Shown: positions 48,943 through 59,310, numbered from the stretch's first letter. The stretch: 64,000 nucleotides of DNA from Bacteroidales bacterium (GCA_017561935.1 JAFZBE010000041.1:26487-90486), one strand, 5' to 3'. A program made the numbers and translations. The notes: generated from the letters alone by a model not told the origin.

Positions 48943-51342
48943 ATGAAACGCCTTTTTGCCACCCTCGCGGGTCTTCTTGCCGCATCTTTCATGATCGCAG
49001 TGTCGCAAAACGTTGTGATCAATGAGATTATGCAGAGCAACGTAAATGGTATCATGTATAAAGGTGATTTCCCCGACTCATGGGTTGAACTCTATAACGA
49101 CAGCAGGAAGGCAACCAATATACAGGGTTGGCGCATAGGCTTGGAGCGCAATTTCGACACCGCATGGGAGTTCAGCCACTCGATGTTCATCAGTGCTGCC
49201 AGTCACCTGTTGGTCTATTGCGACAAGATCGATAATGGCTACCAGCATACCAACTTTCACCTCGATGCCCATGAATGCACCATCTATCTGTGGGATGCCA
49301 GTGGCACGATAGCCGATTCGTTGCGTCATTCCCAGCAGCCTGCACCCGGGGTGGCCTACGGACGAACTGAAGATGGCGGCGACCACTGGAACTACGAAGT
49401 CACTCCCACACCAGGCACGTCAAACCAGGGCGTCTTCACCCACTTTCTGATGCCTGAACCCAAATTCAGTCTCACGGGCCGGTTGCTCGACTGCCCCGGA
49501 CAGGAGCTCGTCGTATCTATTCCAGACACTCCCGACCTGCCTGTCGACACACGGCTATATGTCACCACCGATGGCTCGTTCCCAACACATGATTCACCCT
49601 GCTACTCACGCGACAATCCTTTCATCATCACTCTCGACAGCACCACAGTTGTGCGCGCACGCCTCCTTTCCTCCCAAGGCCTCACCAATGTGCCCTCCAC
49701 TCATAGCTACATCCTCCACCCGCGTGCCACTAAGTTGCCGGTCTTCTCGCTCTCGTGCGACAGCCTGCTTCTTTGGGGCGACAGCCTCGGTATGCTGATC
49801 GGTTCAGACTACCACTCAAACTGCTACAAGGGCTGGCGTCGCCCCATCCACTTCGAAATGTACGAGCAGGACCAACCCGACCGTGCCATCCTCAACCAGT
49901 TGGGCGAAGCCGGCATGCACGGCGCAGGGTCCATGCTCCACAATCAGAAGGCCATGAACCTCTACACCAACAAACGATGGCAGCGAAAACGCTTCGATGC
50001 ATCACGCTTTTGGCTTCATAAGCCACACATTACTCAAACCAAGACCTTCTGCCTGCGCAACGGCGGCAGCCGCTGTGCCGACTCGCGGTTTGAAGATGCT
50101 TTCGTGCAGCTTCTTTTTGCCGAACACATCGACACGCTGGAATACCTCGACTATCGCCCCGTCATCGTCTATATCAATGGACGTTATCGCGGCCTGTACG
50201 ACCTGCGCGAACGTGCCAACAGCACTTTTGCAGCCAATAACTATGGTATCGACGAGGACGAAGTGACCGAAATCGAGGATATGGACAGCACCGATCCTAT
50301 CTACAAGCCAGTTCGCGACCTGATATGGAGCGACAACCCAACCTACGAGGCTCTTTGCCAATACTTCGACATGCCTTTGCTGCTCGACTACACGTGCTGC
50401 CAGGCTTTCGCCACCAACACGCTCTTCCCTTCGGCCAATGTCTTCATGTGGGTGCATGGCGACACGCTTCGTCCCGACGACCCCGATAGCCGCATTCACC
50501 CTGTTCTGAAAGACCTTGATGAATTGGCCTCCACGGCTCCTACTACCAATTGGTACAACTTCATCACCCTGCAAGGCCCTGAGGGCACATGGGGGTCGAA
50601 CTACAACTGCCGTCGCCTCTATGCAGTTTTATTCGGTTTGAAGGAATTCGAAGACGCATTTCTCGACCGCATGCAGACCTATTTGGGCGACTTCTGCAAG
50701 CCCAGTGTCACAGTGCCCATGGCTCAGCGATTACGTACTGAGATAGAAGACGAGATTCCAGCCACCTTTGAAGTGCTCGACGAGGGTGTGACGTACGCAG
50801 ATTTTGCCGATCGCATCGAACATAAGCTCATCCCTTATCTGGAGCAGCGCCCGTTGATACACTATCAGCATCTGGCTGCCTATTACGGATTAGGAGAAGT
50901 TGTGCAAATGAGTGTCAGCACACGATGCAGTGATGACGACGAGCTGAGCAACGAGCAACTTTGCATAAAGGTCAATAACATCCGCCTTACTGAGGGCGAT
51001 TTCGACGGAGTCCTGTTTTCGAACCGTCCCGTTCGTCTCGACACCGGCAATGACGACCTGGGTTGGCGCATCACACTCATAGATGCCGTAGGCCGTATTC
51101 AGACCCTTGAACAGCGTCATTCCTCACTCTCGTTCTGTCTCGTCGACTATGGCACGGGCTTCTCAAGCGTACGCTTCGATCCCATGCCTATTGTTCAAAT
51201 GGGAATTGAAAGCGTCACGACCGACTATGCGGCACCTCAGCAATGTTATGACCTCGTTGGCCGCCCAACCCGGTCAACATTGAGAGGCCTCGGCATCATA
51301 CGTGACGCGAATGGAAATACCCGAAAAACATTTTGTCCATGA
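48943..51342 (+). CDS. Lamin-tail plus CotH-family protein (possible pseudokinase)
   Basis: VINEIM, WVELYN, PTPG.SN, YVTTDGS.P, LRNGG, YING.Y.GLY.LRER and YDLVGR motifs. Confidence 0.85.
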   Translation: MKRLFATLAGLLAASFMIAVSQNVVINEIMQSNVNGIMYKGDFPDSWVELYNDSRKATNIQGWRIGLERNFDTAWEFSHSMFISAASHLLVYCDKIDNGYQHTNFHLDAHECTIYLWDASGTIADSLRHSQQPAPGVAYGRTEDGGDHWNYEVTPTPGTSNQGVFTHFLMPEPKFSLTGRLLDCPGQELVVSIPDTPDLPVDTRLYVTTDGSFPTHDSPCYSRDNPFIITLDSTTVVRARLLSSQGLTNVPSTHSYILHPRATKLPVFSLSCDSLLLWGDSLGMLIGSDYHSNCYKGWRRPIHFEMYEQDQPDRAILNQLGEAGMHGAGSMLHNQKAMNLYTNKRWQRKRFDASRFWLHKPHITQTKTFCLRNGGSRCADSRFEDAFVQLLFAEHIDTLEYLDYRPVIVYINGRYRGLYDLRERANSTFAANNYGIDEDEVTEIEDMDSTDPIYKPVRDLIWSDNPTYEALCQYFDMPLLLDYTCCQAFATNTLFPSANVFMWVHGDTLRPDDPDSRIHPVLKDLDELASTAPTTNWYNFITLQGPEGTWGSNYNCRRLYAVLFGLKEFEDAFLDRMQTYLGDFCKPSVTVPMAQRLRTEIEDEIPATFEVLDEGVTYADFADRIEHKLIPYLEQRPLIHYQHLAAYYGLGEVVQMSVSTRCSDDDELSNEQLCIKVNNIRLTEGDFDGVLFSNRPVRLDTGNDDLGWRITLIDAVGRIQTLEQRHSSLSFCLVDYGTGFSSVRFDPMPIVQMGIESVTTDYAAPQQCYDLVGRPTRSTLRGLGIIRDANGNTRKTFCP

Positions 51343-52901
51343 CTCTCCCTCTGCTCCTCCCTCTTGCGGCTACAGCCCTTCAGCTCCATTTGGGTGCACA
51401 GTGCATCCAGACGGACATCAGCAGCATCGACAGCCTGACCTTCGATGCAGCTCAGCAGCAGCTCGTCGTATATCGCGCTGAGACCTCTGGCTATTATGTT
51501 CCTATTTCCAGCATTGACAGCATCTCTTTTCCCCAACTCCAGTCGTACGTATCCATACGTTTCGGTGCTGACATTGTGTCATCGGTCAATCCCTACTATT
51601 TCGACGGACTGACGATTGAGTGCAGCGGAAATAATGTCAAGGTGGTGAGCCATTGTGACTTCGTGACAGATATCATAATCGAAGGACAAGCTTCCGATGC
51701 GTCGATTCTCATCGAAGCCGACCAACCCATTCGTCTTCACCTCAATGGTCTGGAGCTCTCCAGCAGCCGACCTTCAATCATCAAACTGGCGAAGGCATCG
51801 GCTGCCACCATCCTCATCGAAGGCGAAAACACGCTCAGACATACGGCAAGCGAATTCGATCGTGATTCGCCCGAGGCTGCTATTTTTGCAGCTGGGCAAC
51901 TCACTCTCTCGGGTTCAGGAGCCCTTACTGTCCTGACAGAAGGAAAGGTCGGGCATTCGCTACATGCCGGTTCTCTCAGTATCGAGGGCGGTTCCTTCAC
52001 GATTGACAATTGTAGCCGAGGCATCAAGGACATAGGTGTCATCTACTCGCCCATTGCAATTCTGGCTGATGAGACATTCGAAATGAGTCGAGGTCGGTTG
52101 TCGATTCATGCCACACGCGAGGCGTGCAAGGGAATCGTATGTCAGGGTCCTGTCACTATCGGCCCATATCAGGATACCTCCCTTGAACTCGATATCCATT
52201 GCATCGGTAAGACGCTCTACACCCCTGGCTCCGACGGTCACACTTTGACCGAGGGCTGTCCAGCCATACTGACGACGCGCTCCATCAGCATCCGAGGCGG
52301 TATCATCAACATTGAGACAGCCGACAACGCATCGCAGGGCTGTAAGGCCGGTGAGCGCATCGACATCAGTGGCGGGCAGCTCTTCATGCAATGCTACGAC
52401 GACTGCCTGAACAGCGCCGGACCCATCACCTTAGCAGGTGGCACCACAGTCTGTTACAGCACAGGCGACGATGCCATCGACAGTGATTATGCCCAGCCGG
52501 GTGCCATCGTCATCGAAGGAGGCAACCTGTTCGCCTACACGACACAAGGCCCTTCGGAAGAAGCGCTCGACTGCGATGACAACAGTCGTATTCTACTCCG
52601 CAGCGGCATCGTCGTCACCTTCGGCGGCGCGCAGCACCCCGAACTGCGCAACCTCGGTTCTAACCAGCAGCCCTATTATTTGGGACCCGCTCTTGATGAT
52701 TGCCACAGTGGATGTTATTATTCGCTCACAGACCCTCAAGGCAACCCGATCTGTTCTTTCCGCTTCGACCACGACTTCCAAAGCATGCAGTCACTCTTTT
52801 CTTCCCCTGGATTCGACCCCGAAAACTGGAGCATCGTCGAATCATCCGAACCGCCTTCATGCTTCTCGGAAAGTGTAGCTGGAAGATTCTTCCTCTATTA
52901 G
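51339..52901 (+). CDS. Cthe_2159/DUF4353-like beta-helix carbohydrate-binding domain protein
   Basis: LTLSGSGALTV, I.I.GG repeats, DDCLNS, DAIDSD and EALDCD motifs; ATGA overlap with the upstream gene. Confidence 0.75.
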   Translation: MTLPLLLPLAATALQLHLGAQCIQTDISSIDSLTFDAAQQQLVVYRAETSGYYVPISSIDSISFPQLQSYVSIRFGADIVSSVNPYYFDGLTIECSGNNVKVVSHCDFVTDIIIEGQASDASILIEADQPIRLHLNGLELSSSRPSIIKLAKASAATILIEGENTLRHTASEFDRDSPEAAIFAAGQLTLSGSGALTVLTEGKVGHSLHAGSLSIEGGSFTIDNCSRGIKDIGVIYSPIAILADETFEMSRGRLSIHATREACKGIVCQGPVTIGPYQDTSLELDIHCIGKTLYTPGSDGHTLTEGCPAILTTRSISIRGGIINIETADNASQGCKAGERIDISGGQLFMQCYDDCLNSAGPITLAGGTTVCYSTGDDAIDSDYAQPGAIVIEGGNLFAYTTQGPSEEALDCDDNSRILLRSGIVVTFGGAQHPELRNLGSNQQPYYLGPALDDCHSGCYYSLTDPQGNPICSFRFDHDFQSMQSLFSSPGFDPENWSIVESSEPPSCFSESVAGRFFLY

Positions 52902-52946
52902 TCGTTAATTATTCGAAAATAATAGGCGCGATTGCACCAAAATTGT

Positions 52947-53029
52947 TGGAAAAACGGACAAAAATACTCATTTTTGCAATGGAAAAACGGACAAAATCGA
53001 CCGATTTTATGTTGGAAAAACGGACAAAG
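52947..53029. repeat. Three 16-bp direct repeats at an exact 33-bp period
   Basis: TGGAAAAACGGACAAA at 52947, 52980 and 53013. Confidence 0.9.
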
Positions 53030-55372
53030 CTCTTCTTGGCAAGCCTTGCGCTTGGTGTGCTGACAGCGACGGCCTCGGCTGATGCTCTCGGTTCAAATGA
53101 ATCGGGGCACCTTGTCATCAACGAGATAATGCAGTCGAATGTAGAGTGCTTGATGGTCGATAATGACTATCCAGATTCGTGGGTGGAACTCTACAACCCC
53201 AGCGAAGTGGAAGTGAGTCTTGGAGGTTATTCCATCGGAGAACATGCCGATGGAACGGATGCTTGGCCATTGGAAAATAGTGCGTCGATTCCTGCTTGGG
53301 GGCATTTGGTTATCTATTGCGACAAGAAAGCGGAAGGACTGAATACCGATTTCCGATTGGATTCGGGCAAGGGAGAGCTGTATTTGTTTGATGCTGGAGG
53401 AAGGATCATTGACCAGCTTATTTATGAGAAGATGCCTGCTCCGAACATTGCGTTCGGTCGCATGAATGATGGGAGTGAAGCTTGGCACTATGAATTGCAG
53501 CCAACTCCTGGTACTGCGAATGTAGGACAAGGAACGTCGGACGTTGCACTCGACCCCGTTTTTAGCTTGGAGGGTGGCATCATGTCCAATCCATTCACGC
53601 TTATTGTGACTTTACCCGATGAGGATTGTCCAAGTGACGCTTCGATTTATTGGACTACCGATGGTAGCGAACCTGGCATACAATCGGCGCATGCCAAGGA
53701 GGTGACTCTCAATATCGATCACTCGATGGTCGTTCGTGCCAAGATTCTTTCTCAGGAGTATCTGCCAGCACGCTCGGTCACTCATTCCTATATCTTTCCC
53801 CCCCGTGAATTGAAGATGCCCGTTTTTTCGTTGGCTACTGACAACGATTATCTATATGACGATATAATCGGTATTTTGGCAGGAGCGGAAGATGACCCGA
53901 ATGCAAACTACATGCAGAGTTGGAGACGGCCGCTCAACGTGGAGTGTTTCGTTTCTGATAGTACTGCCTTGAATCAACTGTGTGAAACTTCTGTTGGCGG
54001 TAAGACATCGCGCGTCTATAGGCAGAAATCGTTGAGGCTCTATGCTCACAAACGCTTCGGCACAAAACGTTTCAAATATCCTTTTTGGTTCGAAAAGCCA
54101 GATGTAGAAAAGAACTCTTCACTGATGCTTCGCAATGGAGGCTCGCGGAGTTTCGGTTCGAGGACGAACGATGCCTTTGTGCAACAGTTGTTCGGTACCC
54201 ATGTCACCGACTTGGATTGGCAGGCCTATCGCCCCGTGATTGTGTATATCAATGGGGAATACAAAGGTGTCTTCGAATTGAGGGAACGATCGGACGAACA
54301 TTATGTCGAAGCAAATTTTGGCATTGATGACAACGATATCTATCAAACTGATAATCTCTTCTACGGAGAGGGTACGTTCGACAATTTGGTTTCGCTCATT
54401 TGGGACAAATCACCTTCATTTGAAGCTATTGGCAAATTGATGGACATCAGCGAATTTGTCAATTATCTGATTGCTGAGGCATATTGTGGCAATAGGGACT
54501 GGCCGGGGAACAACATCTTCGCATGGGCTCCAAAGTCGGAGGGTGGACGCTGGAGGTGGATTTTGAAAGACTTGGACGAATATAGATTCTATTCGAACGA
54601 AAAGAATTTCTTGAACTATATGTTCGTGAAAGGACAGGAGGGCGAGGATGTCAAGAAAAAGGATAATGAGAAGGGACATAAGTTCTTTACAACTTTGTTT
54701 TCCTTCGAGCAATTCCGCAGTATGTTCGTCAATCGATTCAGTGCGTATCTTGGCGATTTCCTGAAACCATCGGTTGCCTGCGATATGCTGACCGAAATAA
54801 GGAATGAGATTGAAGACGAGATGCGTTATACTTTTGACGCATATTCTTCATCTGGAACCTATAACTGGTATAAATACGAGCAGAATGCGATGTTGGATTA
54901 TACCAAGGAACGTGCTGCTGCGATGTATCGTAATCTGTCAGAAACATTCTCGTTGGGCAAAGTGGTTCCTGCTGTCATTGAGACGAAAGGTGTGAAGGTC
55001 TCGCTCAATGGTGTAATGCTCAAGGCTGGTGATTTCGATGGTGCTTTCTTCCACGACTGGGTCTCGACAGTTGAGTCTGAAGAGATTACAGAAGGTTGGA
55101 TGTTATCATTGTTGTTGCTTGATGGTACGAAAAAGAACTATCATATCCCATCATCTGCCGTGCATATTGATTTGAGGGATTACCCAGAATGTGATTCGGT
55201 ATTCTTGAAACCATTCTCCTCTTCAGATAGCTCTATCTACGTTTTCGAACAAGTGCCCGTTGCAGAGGATGTATATTGCTATGACCTTTGTGGACGACGG
55301 GTAAGTCATCCTGAAACAAGACAAATTACGATATATAAAAGGAAGAAGATTGTAATAACCGAAACACGATGA
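53009..55372 (+). CDS. Lamin-tail plus CotH-family kinase
   Basis: Paralogue of the 48943 gene with intact GNRDWPGNN and WILKDLD; start 52979 or 53009. Confidence 0.85.
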   Translation: MLEKRTKLFLASLALGVLTATASADALGSNESGHLVINEIMQSNVECLMVDNDYPDSWVELYNPSEVEVSLGGYSIGEHADGTDAWPLENSASIPAWGHLVIYCDKKAEGLNTDFRLDSGKGELYLFDAGGRIIDQLIYEKMPAPNIAFGRMNDGSEAWHYELQPTPGTANVGQGTSDVALDPVFSLEGGIMSNPFTLIVTLPDEDCPSDASIYWTTDGSEPGIQSAHAKEVTLNIDHSMVVRAKILSQEYLPARSVTHSYIFPPRELKMPVFSLATDNDYLYDDIIGILAGAEDDPNANYMQSWRRPLNVECFVSDSTALNQLCETSVGGKTSRVYRQKSLRLYAHKRFGTKRFKYPFWFEKPDVEKNSSLMLRNGGSRSFGSRTNDAFVQQLFGTHVTDLDWQAYRPVIVYINGEYKGVFELRERSDEHYVEANFGIDDNDIYQTDNLFYGEGTFDNLVSLIWDKSPSFEAIGKLMDISEFVNYLIAEAYCGNRDWPGNNIFAWAPKSEGGRWRWILKDLDEYRFYSNEKNFLNYMFVKGQEGEDVKKKDNEKGHKFFTTLFSFEQFRSMFVNRFSAYLGDFLKPSVACDMLTEIRNEIEDEMRYTFDAYSSSGTYNWYKYEQNAMLDYTKERAAAMYRNLSETFSLGKVVPAVIETKGVKVSLNGVMLKAGDFDGAFFHDWVSTVESEEITEGWMLSLLLLDGTKKNYHIPSSAVHIDLRDYPECDSVFLKPFSSSDSSIYVFEQVPVAEDVYCYDLCGRRVSHPETRQITIYKRKKIVITETR

Positions 55373-56154
55373 TAAAATATTATTCTGCCGCTTTGCTTAT
55401 CGACCTATTCATGTTGACGGCCTGCCATCATCATGTGGAGGAAGTGATTGAACCTCAGCCTGAACCTATCGATAGTTTACCGGTAATAGACTACACCCTC
55501 TCGCCCAACTATGGCAAGAGTATCGGTATCTTTGGCGGATCGTTTTGCAACATCGCGGAGTCAGATAGCTGCAAGTTTTATTGGCAGGAGAAGCTACAGC
55601 TCAGCCTATTCGGTCATGGCATCAATGGCGCAGGCTACAGCCCCCTTACACAGGAAAATGGAGTCCAGTATGCCGTTGATCGCTGCTGTCGTCGTGATGA
55701 TCCCCACGATATCTACCTGCTTTGGTCGCCGAGCAATGATTTCTCGAAGGGGCGAGCTTCCATTGGTTCACTCAGCGACTTCACCGAGGCCGATGGTTAC
55801 GACACGTCGAAGCTGGGTACGATGCTGGGTGGGATGAACTACTGCTATCACACACTAAAACAGAAGAACCCCGATGCCGAGATTCTTCTGTTTACGACGT
55901 TGCCAATCTTCAATAAAGGAGCAGCGGGATATGACACGCTCTATTCCGAAGGCATCGGCCTCCGTCATTTCGTTGATGCCCAGATTCAGTGGGCCAAGGC
56001 GCACGATGTTCCTTACCTCGACCTCTTCCGTCGTTCGGGCTTCACGCACAGCAACTATAGCCTATACTATCAGAAGGACAAGCTTCACCCGAACGTCGAA
56101 GGATACAAGCATCTCGCCAACATCACCTTGCCTTTTCTCGCTTTCCCTCGCTGA
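55369..56154 (+). CDS. SGNH/GDSL hydrolase lipoprotein
   Basis: Lipobox LTAC; IFGGS, SND and DKLHPN motifs. Confidence 0.82.
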   Translation: MIKYYSAALLIDLFMLTACHHHVEEVIEPQPEPIDSLPVIDYTLSPNYGKSIGIFGGSFCNIAESDSCKFYWQEKLQLSLFGHGINGAGYSPLTQENGVQYAVDRCCRRDDPHDIYLLWSPSNDFSKGRASIGSLSDFTEADGYDTSKLGTMLGGMNYCYHTLKQKNPDAEILLFTTLPIFNKGAAGYDTLYSEGIGLRHFVDAQIQWAKAHDVPYLDLFRRSGFTHSNYSLYYQKDKLHPNVEGYKHLANITLPFLAFPR

Positions 56155-56162
56155 TTTATTTT

Positions 56163-56450
56163 GTCACACAGATTTCCACAGATAGGCACAGATATTCGCT
56201 ACGCGCTCCGAGGGTCGTCCGAATTACTCTACGGAATAGTAATCTCTACGGACTTCTGGGACTTTAGGGACTATTAGCTTGGAGCCACACTGTCCTTTAA
56301 GTCCGAAAACACGAAAAGGCCCTAAAATGTTTTTTCTGCGTGATGTCGTTTTGTCACACAGATTTCACTGATTTTCACAGATCATTTCTTTTTTCGTAAA
56401 TTGCTGACGCGCAAACGATTATCTGTGCTCATCTGTGGCATCTGTGTGAC
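56163..56450. repeat. Composite palindromic (REP/MITE-like) element
   Basis: About 31-bp imperfect terminal inverted repeats made of CACAGAT units, with an internal extra arm at 56353. Confidence 0.85.
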
Positions 56451-56500
56451 CTTATTCCAAGAAATGTGTGCCCTTGTTCCATGAACTCTGTGAGGTCTTC

Positions 56501-57349
56501 TCACTCTTCGGAGTTGTCGAGCAGCTGGATGCCATCTTCAAGTAGCGCGATGCGCTGTTGCTTGTAGAGGGCGCCGATGGCTTTCTTGAAGGTCTTCTTC
56601 GACATCTGCAGCTCAGAGGCGATGAGCTCGGGCGAAGAGTGGTCGGTGAGCGGCAGGAAGCCTTGACGGCGATGCAGCGCCTTAAGGATAGTTGCCTCGG
56701 CTGGATCAATCATCTGGCGATAGCCGATAGGCTGGAGGCTGAGGTCGATCTTGTCATCTTCGCGCACACCTTTGACCCAGGCGCGCAGACGTTCGCCGAT
56801 GTGTATCTCCTGGAAGATCTGGTTCTGATAGAGGAGACCGACATGCTGGTTGTTGATGATGACCTTATAGCCAAGCGGGGTGCGTTGCCAAACGAGGGCT
56901 TCGACCTCCTGTCCTTCTTCGTAGGCGGGTGGCACGTTGCCCAGGTGCTTGCCGACCTTGGCGGTGCCGACTATGCGGCCCGATAGCTGGTCTATATAAA
57001 TATATATAATGTATCGATGGCCTTCCTCCATCTTCTGTGCTTGTTCGCGATGGGGGATGAGCAGTTCTTTCGAGGTGCCCCAGTCGGCGAACGCACCGAC
57101 CTGATTGACGCTGTTGATTTTCAAATAGGCAAATTGCCCCACGGTGGCGTAGGGATGTTCGTTGGTGGCGATGAGTCGTGCCTCGGCATCCTGATAGACG
57201 AAGACCTTCAGTTCATCGCCCACTTTGGCTCCTTCGGGCACGTAGCGCTTCGGCATGAGTATTTCGAGTCCGTCCCCTCCATCGAGGTATAGGCCGAAGT
57301 CAACCATCTTCGCCACCTTCAGCGTATTGTATTGTCCTAATTGTGCCAT
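56501..57349 (-). CDS. cvfB: CvfB-family S1 RNA-binding protein
   Basis: FGLYLD, VGAFADWG..KEL and D.SSPE.I....MSKK.FKKAIGALYK motifs. Confidence 0.9.
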   Translation of the reverse strand: MAQLGQYNTLKVAKMVDFGLYLDGGDGLEILMPKRYVPEGAKVGDELKVFVYQDAEARLIATNEHPYATVGQFAYLKINSVNQVGAFADWGTSKELLIPHREQAQKMEEGHRYIIYIYIDQLSGRIVGTAKVGKHLGNVPPAYEEGQEVEALVWQRTPLGYKVIINNQHVGLLYQNQIFQEIHIGERLRAWVKGVREDDKIDLSLQPIGYRQMIDPAEATILKALHRRQGFLPLTDHSSPELIASELQMSKKTFKKAIGALYKQQRIALLEDGIQLLDNSEE

Positions 57350-57363
57350 TTCCTTGTTCTGTT

Positions 57364-58440
57364 TTAGTGTTTGTTATTGTTATTGTTTTGAATCTCCCAC
57401 CAATAGAAGAACGCTTCTGGATGTGTCTTCTTCAGTTTGTTTAGCTTTGTCGGCAATGGTTGGTGTAACACTGCCGAAGTCAACTCGCTAAACTTTTCAG
57501 GAGAATAATGGTTTACTTTATTTATGCCATTTTCAATAAGATTGCATAAATATGCTACTTTAGATGCATTGATGATGGCGGAGTCGAGCGTGTATCTTTC
57601 GCTATGTATAAAGTTCCCAATGCGACTGATTCCATCTTGAAGAAGTTTGAATTCTTCAGGATTCTGCGATCCTCTCATACAGATACAAAGTGCAGTCTGG
57701 AATATGTCATCAAGTACGGAATGTATATCATTTGATTGTCTATGCCTGTATTGGAGTTCAATCGTAGCGAATTGAATGAATGTTTGTCGGGTAACGGAAA
57801 GATTGCCAGTGATGTCGAACAATGAAGCAACATCAAAGAGTTGTTTGATAATCTCCATGGTGCATATTCTTTCTCCTTTGAAGAAAGGAATACCAGTGGT
57901 GTGTGGAGCAAAAGCGGTCAATTTATCACCCAATAAATCTTCGTGACTGGGTAGATTAACAAAGACAAGAGGCTCCTCGGTAAGTAGAAGAGGACTCTGG
58001 ATGGGAAGTGATACTATGCTCGAATAGTATGTGTCCTCAAAGAGTACATCAAGTAGGATTATGTCTTGTCCTCTTTTGCCAGGATAACTTATCTCGTAAT
58101 AGAATTTGGCATGTTGCTTAGGGACATCTGTGCGTGTAACGCGTTCAATCATTTCCACCCTCTCAAAGCCATACTCTTCTGCATATTGTTTTAGATAGGG
58201 CTCAATATTTGTGCCAGGAGGGCAAATGATATCAATGTCTATGGACAGTCGTTTGCTGGTATTCAGATGGAGCATAAGCGAACTTCCTCCCTTGAATAGG
58301 AAAGGACACCCAGAGCGAGCAAGTGCTTCAAGTAGGGAAAATGCTCTGATGGTTTTTTCAACCAAAGTAGAGTCATGGATCCTCATGCGGTGTGCAGATT
58401 CGGTAATCCATTCTAAGGTTCTACTCTTTGGATTTATCAT
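57364..58440 (-). CDS. AbiEii/AbiGii nucleotidyltransferase toxin (type IV TA)
   Basis: VEK, FKGGSSL, RLSIDID and GDKLTA motifs. Confidence 0.9.
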   Translation of the reverse strand: MINPKSRTLEWITESAHRMRIHDSTLVEKTIRAFSLLEALARSGCPFLFKGGSSLMLHLNTSKRLSIDIDIICPPGTNIEPYLKQYAEEYGFERVEMIERVTRTDVPKQHAKFYYEISYPGKRGQDIILLDVLFEDTYYSSIVSLPIQSPLLLTEEPLVFVNLPSHEDLLGDKLTAFAPHTTGIPFFKGERICTMEIIKQLFDVASLFDITGNLSVTRQTFIQFATIELQYRHRQSNDIHSVLDDIFQTALCICMRGSQNPEEFKLLQDGISRIGNFIHSERYTLDSAIINASKVAYLCNLIENGINKVNHYSPEKFSELTSAVLHQPLPTKLNKLKKTHPEAFFYWWEIQNNNNNKH

Positions 58441-59164
58441 GATTTATGGCATTAACGATCTGTTCTACGGTTTCCTTTCGGTTACGGCGTGAAGCGTATC
58501 TTAATAGTTTCCTCATGTTGAAATTATTACGTTCAAGCACAGATTCAAAGATGTTGTAGATTTCCGATCCACTGGCAAAATGAAGTTCGTTATCATTGAT
58601 GGCATCCACAAGGATTTTCTCTATTCGAGGAACAGTGCAACCCTCAACTTCGGTCAAAGGAGATTGCCCGATTAATTGACGTACTACGATTGCTTTTGAC
58701 CCTGAAAGATAACGCTCACAGTCCAAAGCAGATGGAGTAAGAAATACCTCTCGATTATGGTCTAAGCTTTGTAAAGCGTGAAAGACCGGTTCCATGCCGT
58801 CGCGCTCTACATCAACAAGTGTATAACCTATATTTGGAACATGCAGCATGAATGAAGATAATACCTTTGGACTCCAGATGCATATAGAAAGAAATGGAAA
58901 TTGTTGCCTCAATTGCTTAAAGATATCCTTTTCCCATTCAGTAGGAAGATAAATGAATTCGGGAAGAGTACTTTCGGTTAGGCAATACTCTCCATGTCCA
59001 ATGCGTCGAAGGGTACCCGAAGCAAGAAGTCGCATGATTTGGTTGTCAACAGTTCTTGCGCTGATGTCTGGCAAGCGGTTGGCAATATCATGGAGAAGAC
59101 CCTTTCGTGTGAAAGTCCCCCCTTGCATTGTAGCATAGTTCAATATGGCTTCTGTTGTTGTCAT
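58421..59164 (-). CDS. DUF6577/AbiEi-like antitoxin
   Basis: N-terminal wHTH (L.RIGHGEY), P.IEKILVD and LLRYASRR; overlaps the toxin start. Confidence 0.8.
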   Translation of the reverse strand: MTTTEAILNYATMQGGTFTRKGLLHDIANRLPDISARTVDNQIMRLLASGTLRRIGHGEYCLTESTLPEFIYLPTEWEKDIFKQLRQQFPFLSICIWSPKVLSSFMLHVPNIGYTLVDVERDGMEPVFHALQSLDHNREVFLTPSALDCERYLSGSKAIVVRQLIGQSPLTEVEGCTVPRIEKILVDAINDNELHFASGSEIYNIFESVLERNNFNMRKLLRYASRRNRKETVEQIVNAINHDKSKE

Positions 59165-59181
59165 AGTCTTGAAAACGCTGC

Positions 59182-59238
59182 AAAAATACATCATTTTTGT
59201 CAAATCTCCAAATTATTTGACAAAAATGATGTATTTTT
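59182..59238. promoter_or_regulatory. 24-bp perfect inverted repeat over the TA promoter (operator)
   Basis: AAAAATACATCATTTTTGTCAAAT-N9-ATTTGACAAAAATGATGTATTTTT. Confidence 0.8.
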
Positions 59239-59310
59239 ATTGGCGCTTTATCAAAAGGAATGTCAATTGAGAATCTCTTTATTGCATTTTAAGAGATTAT
59301 TACCTTATAG

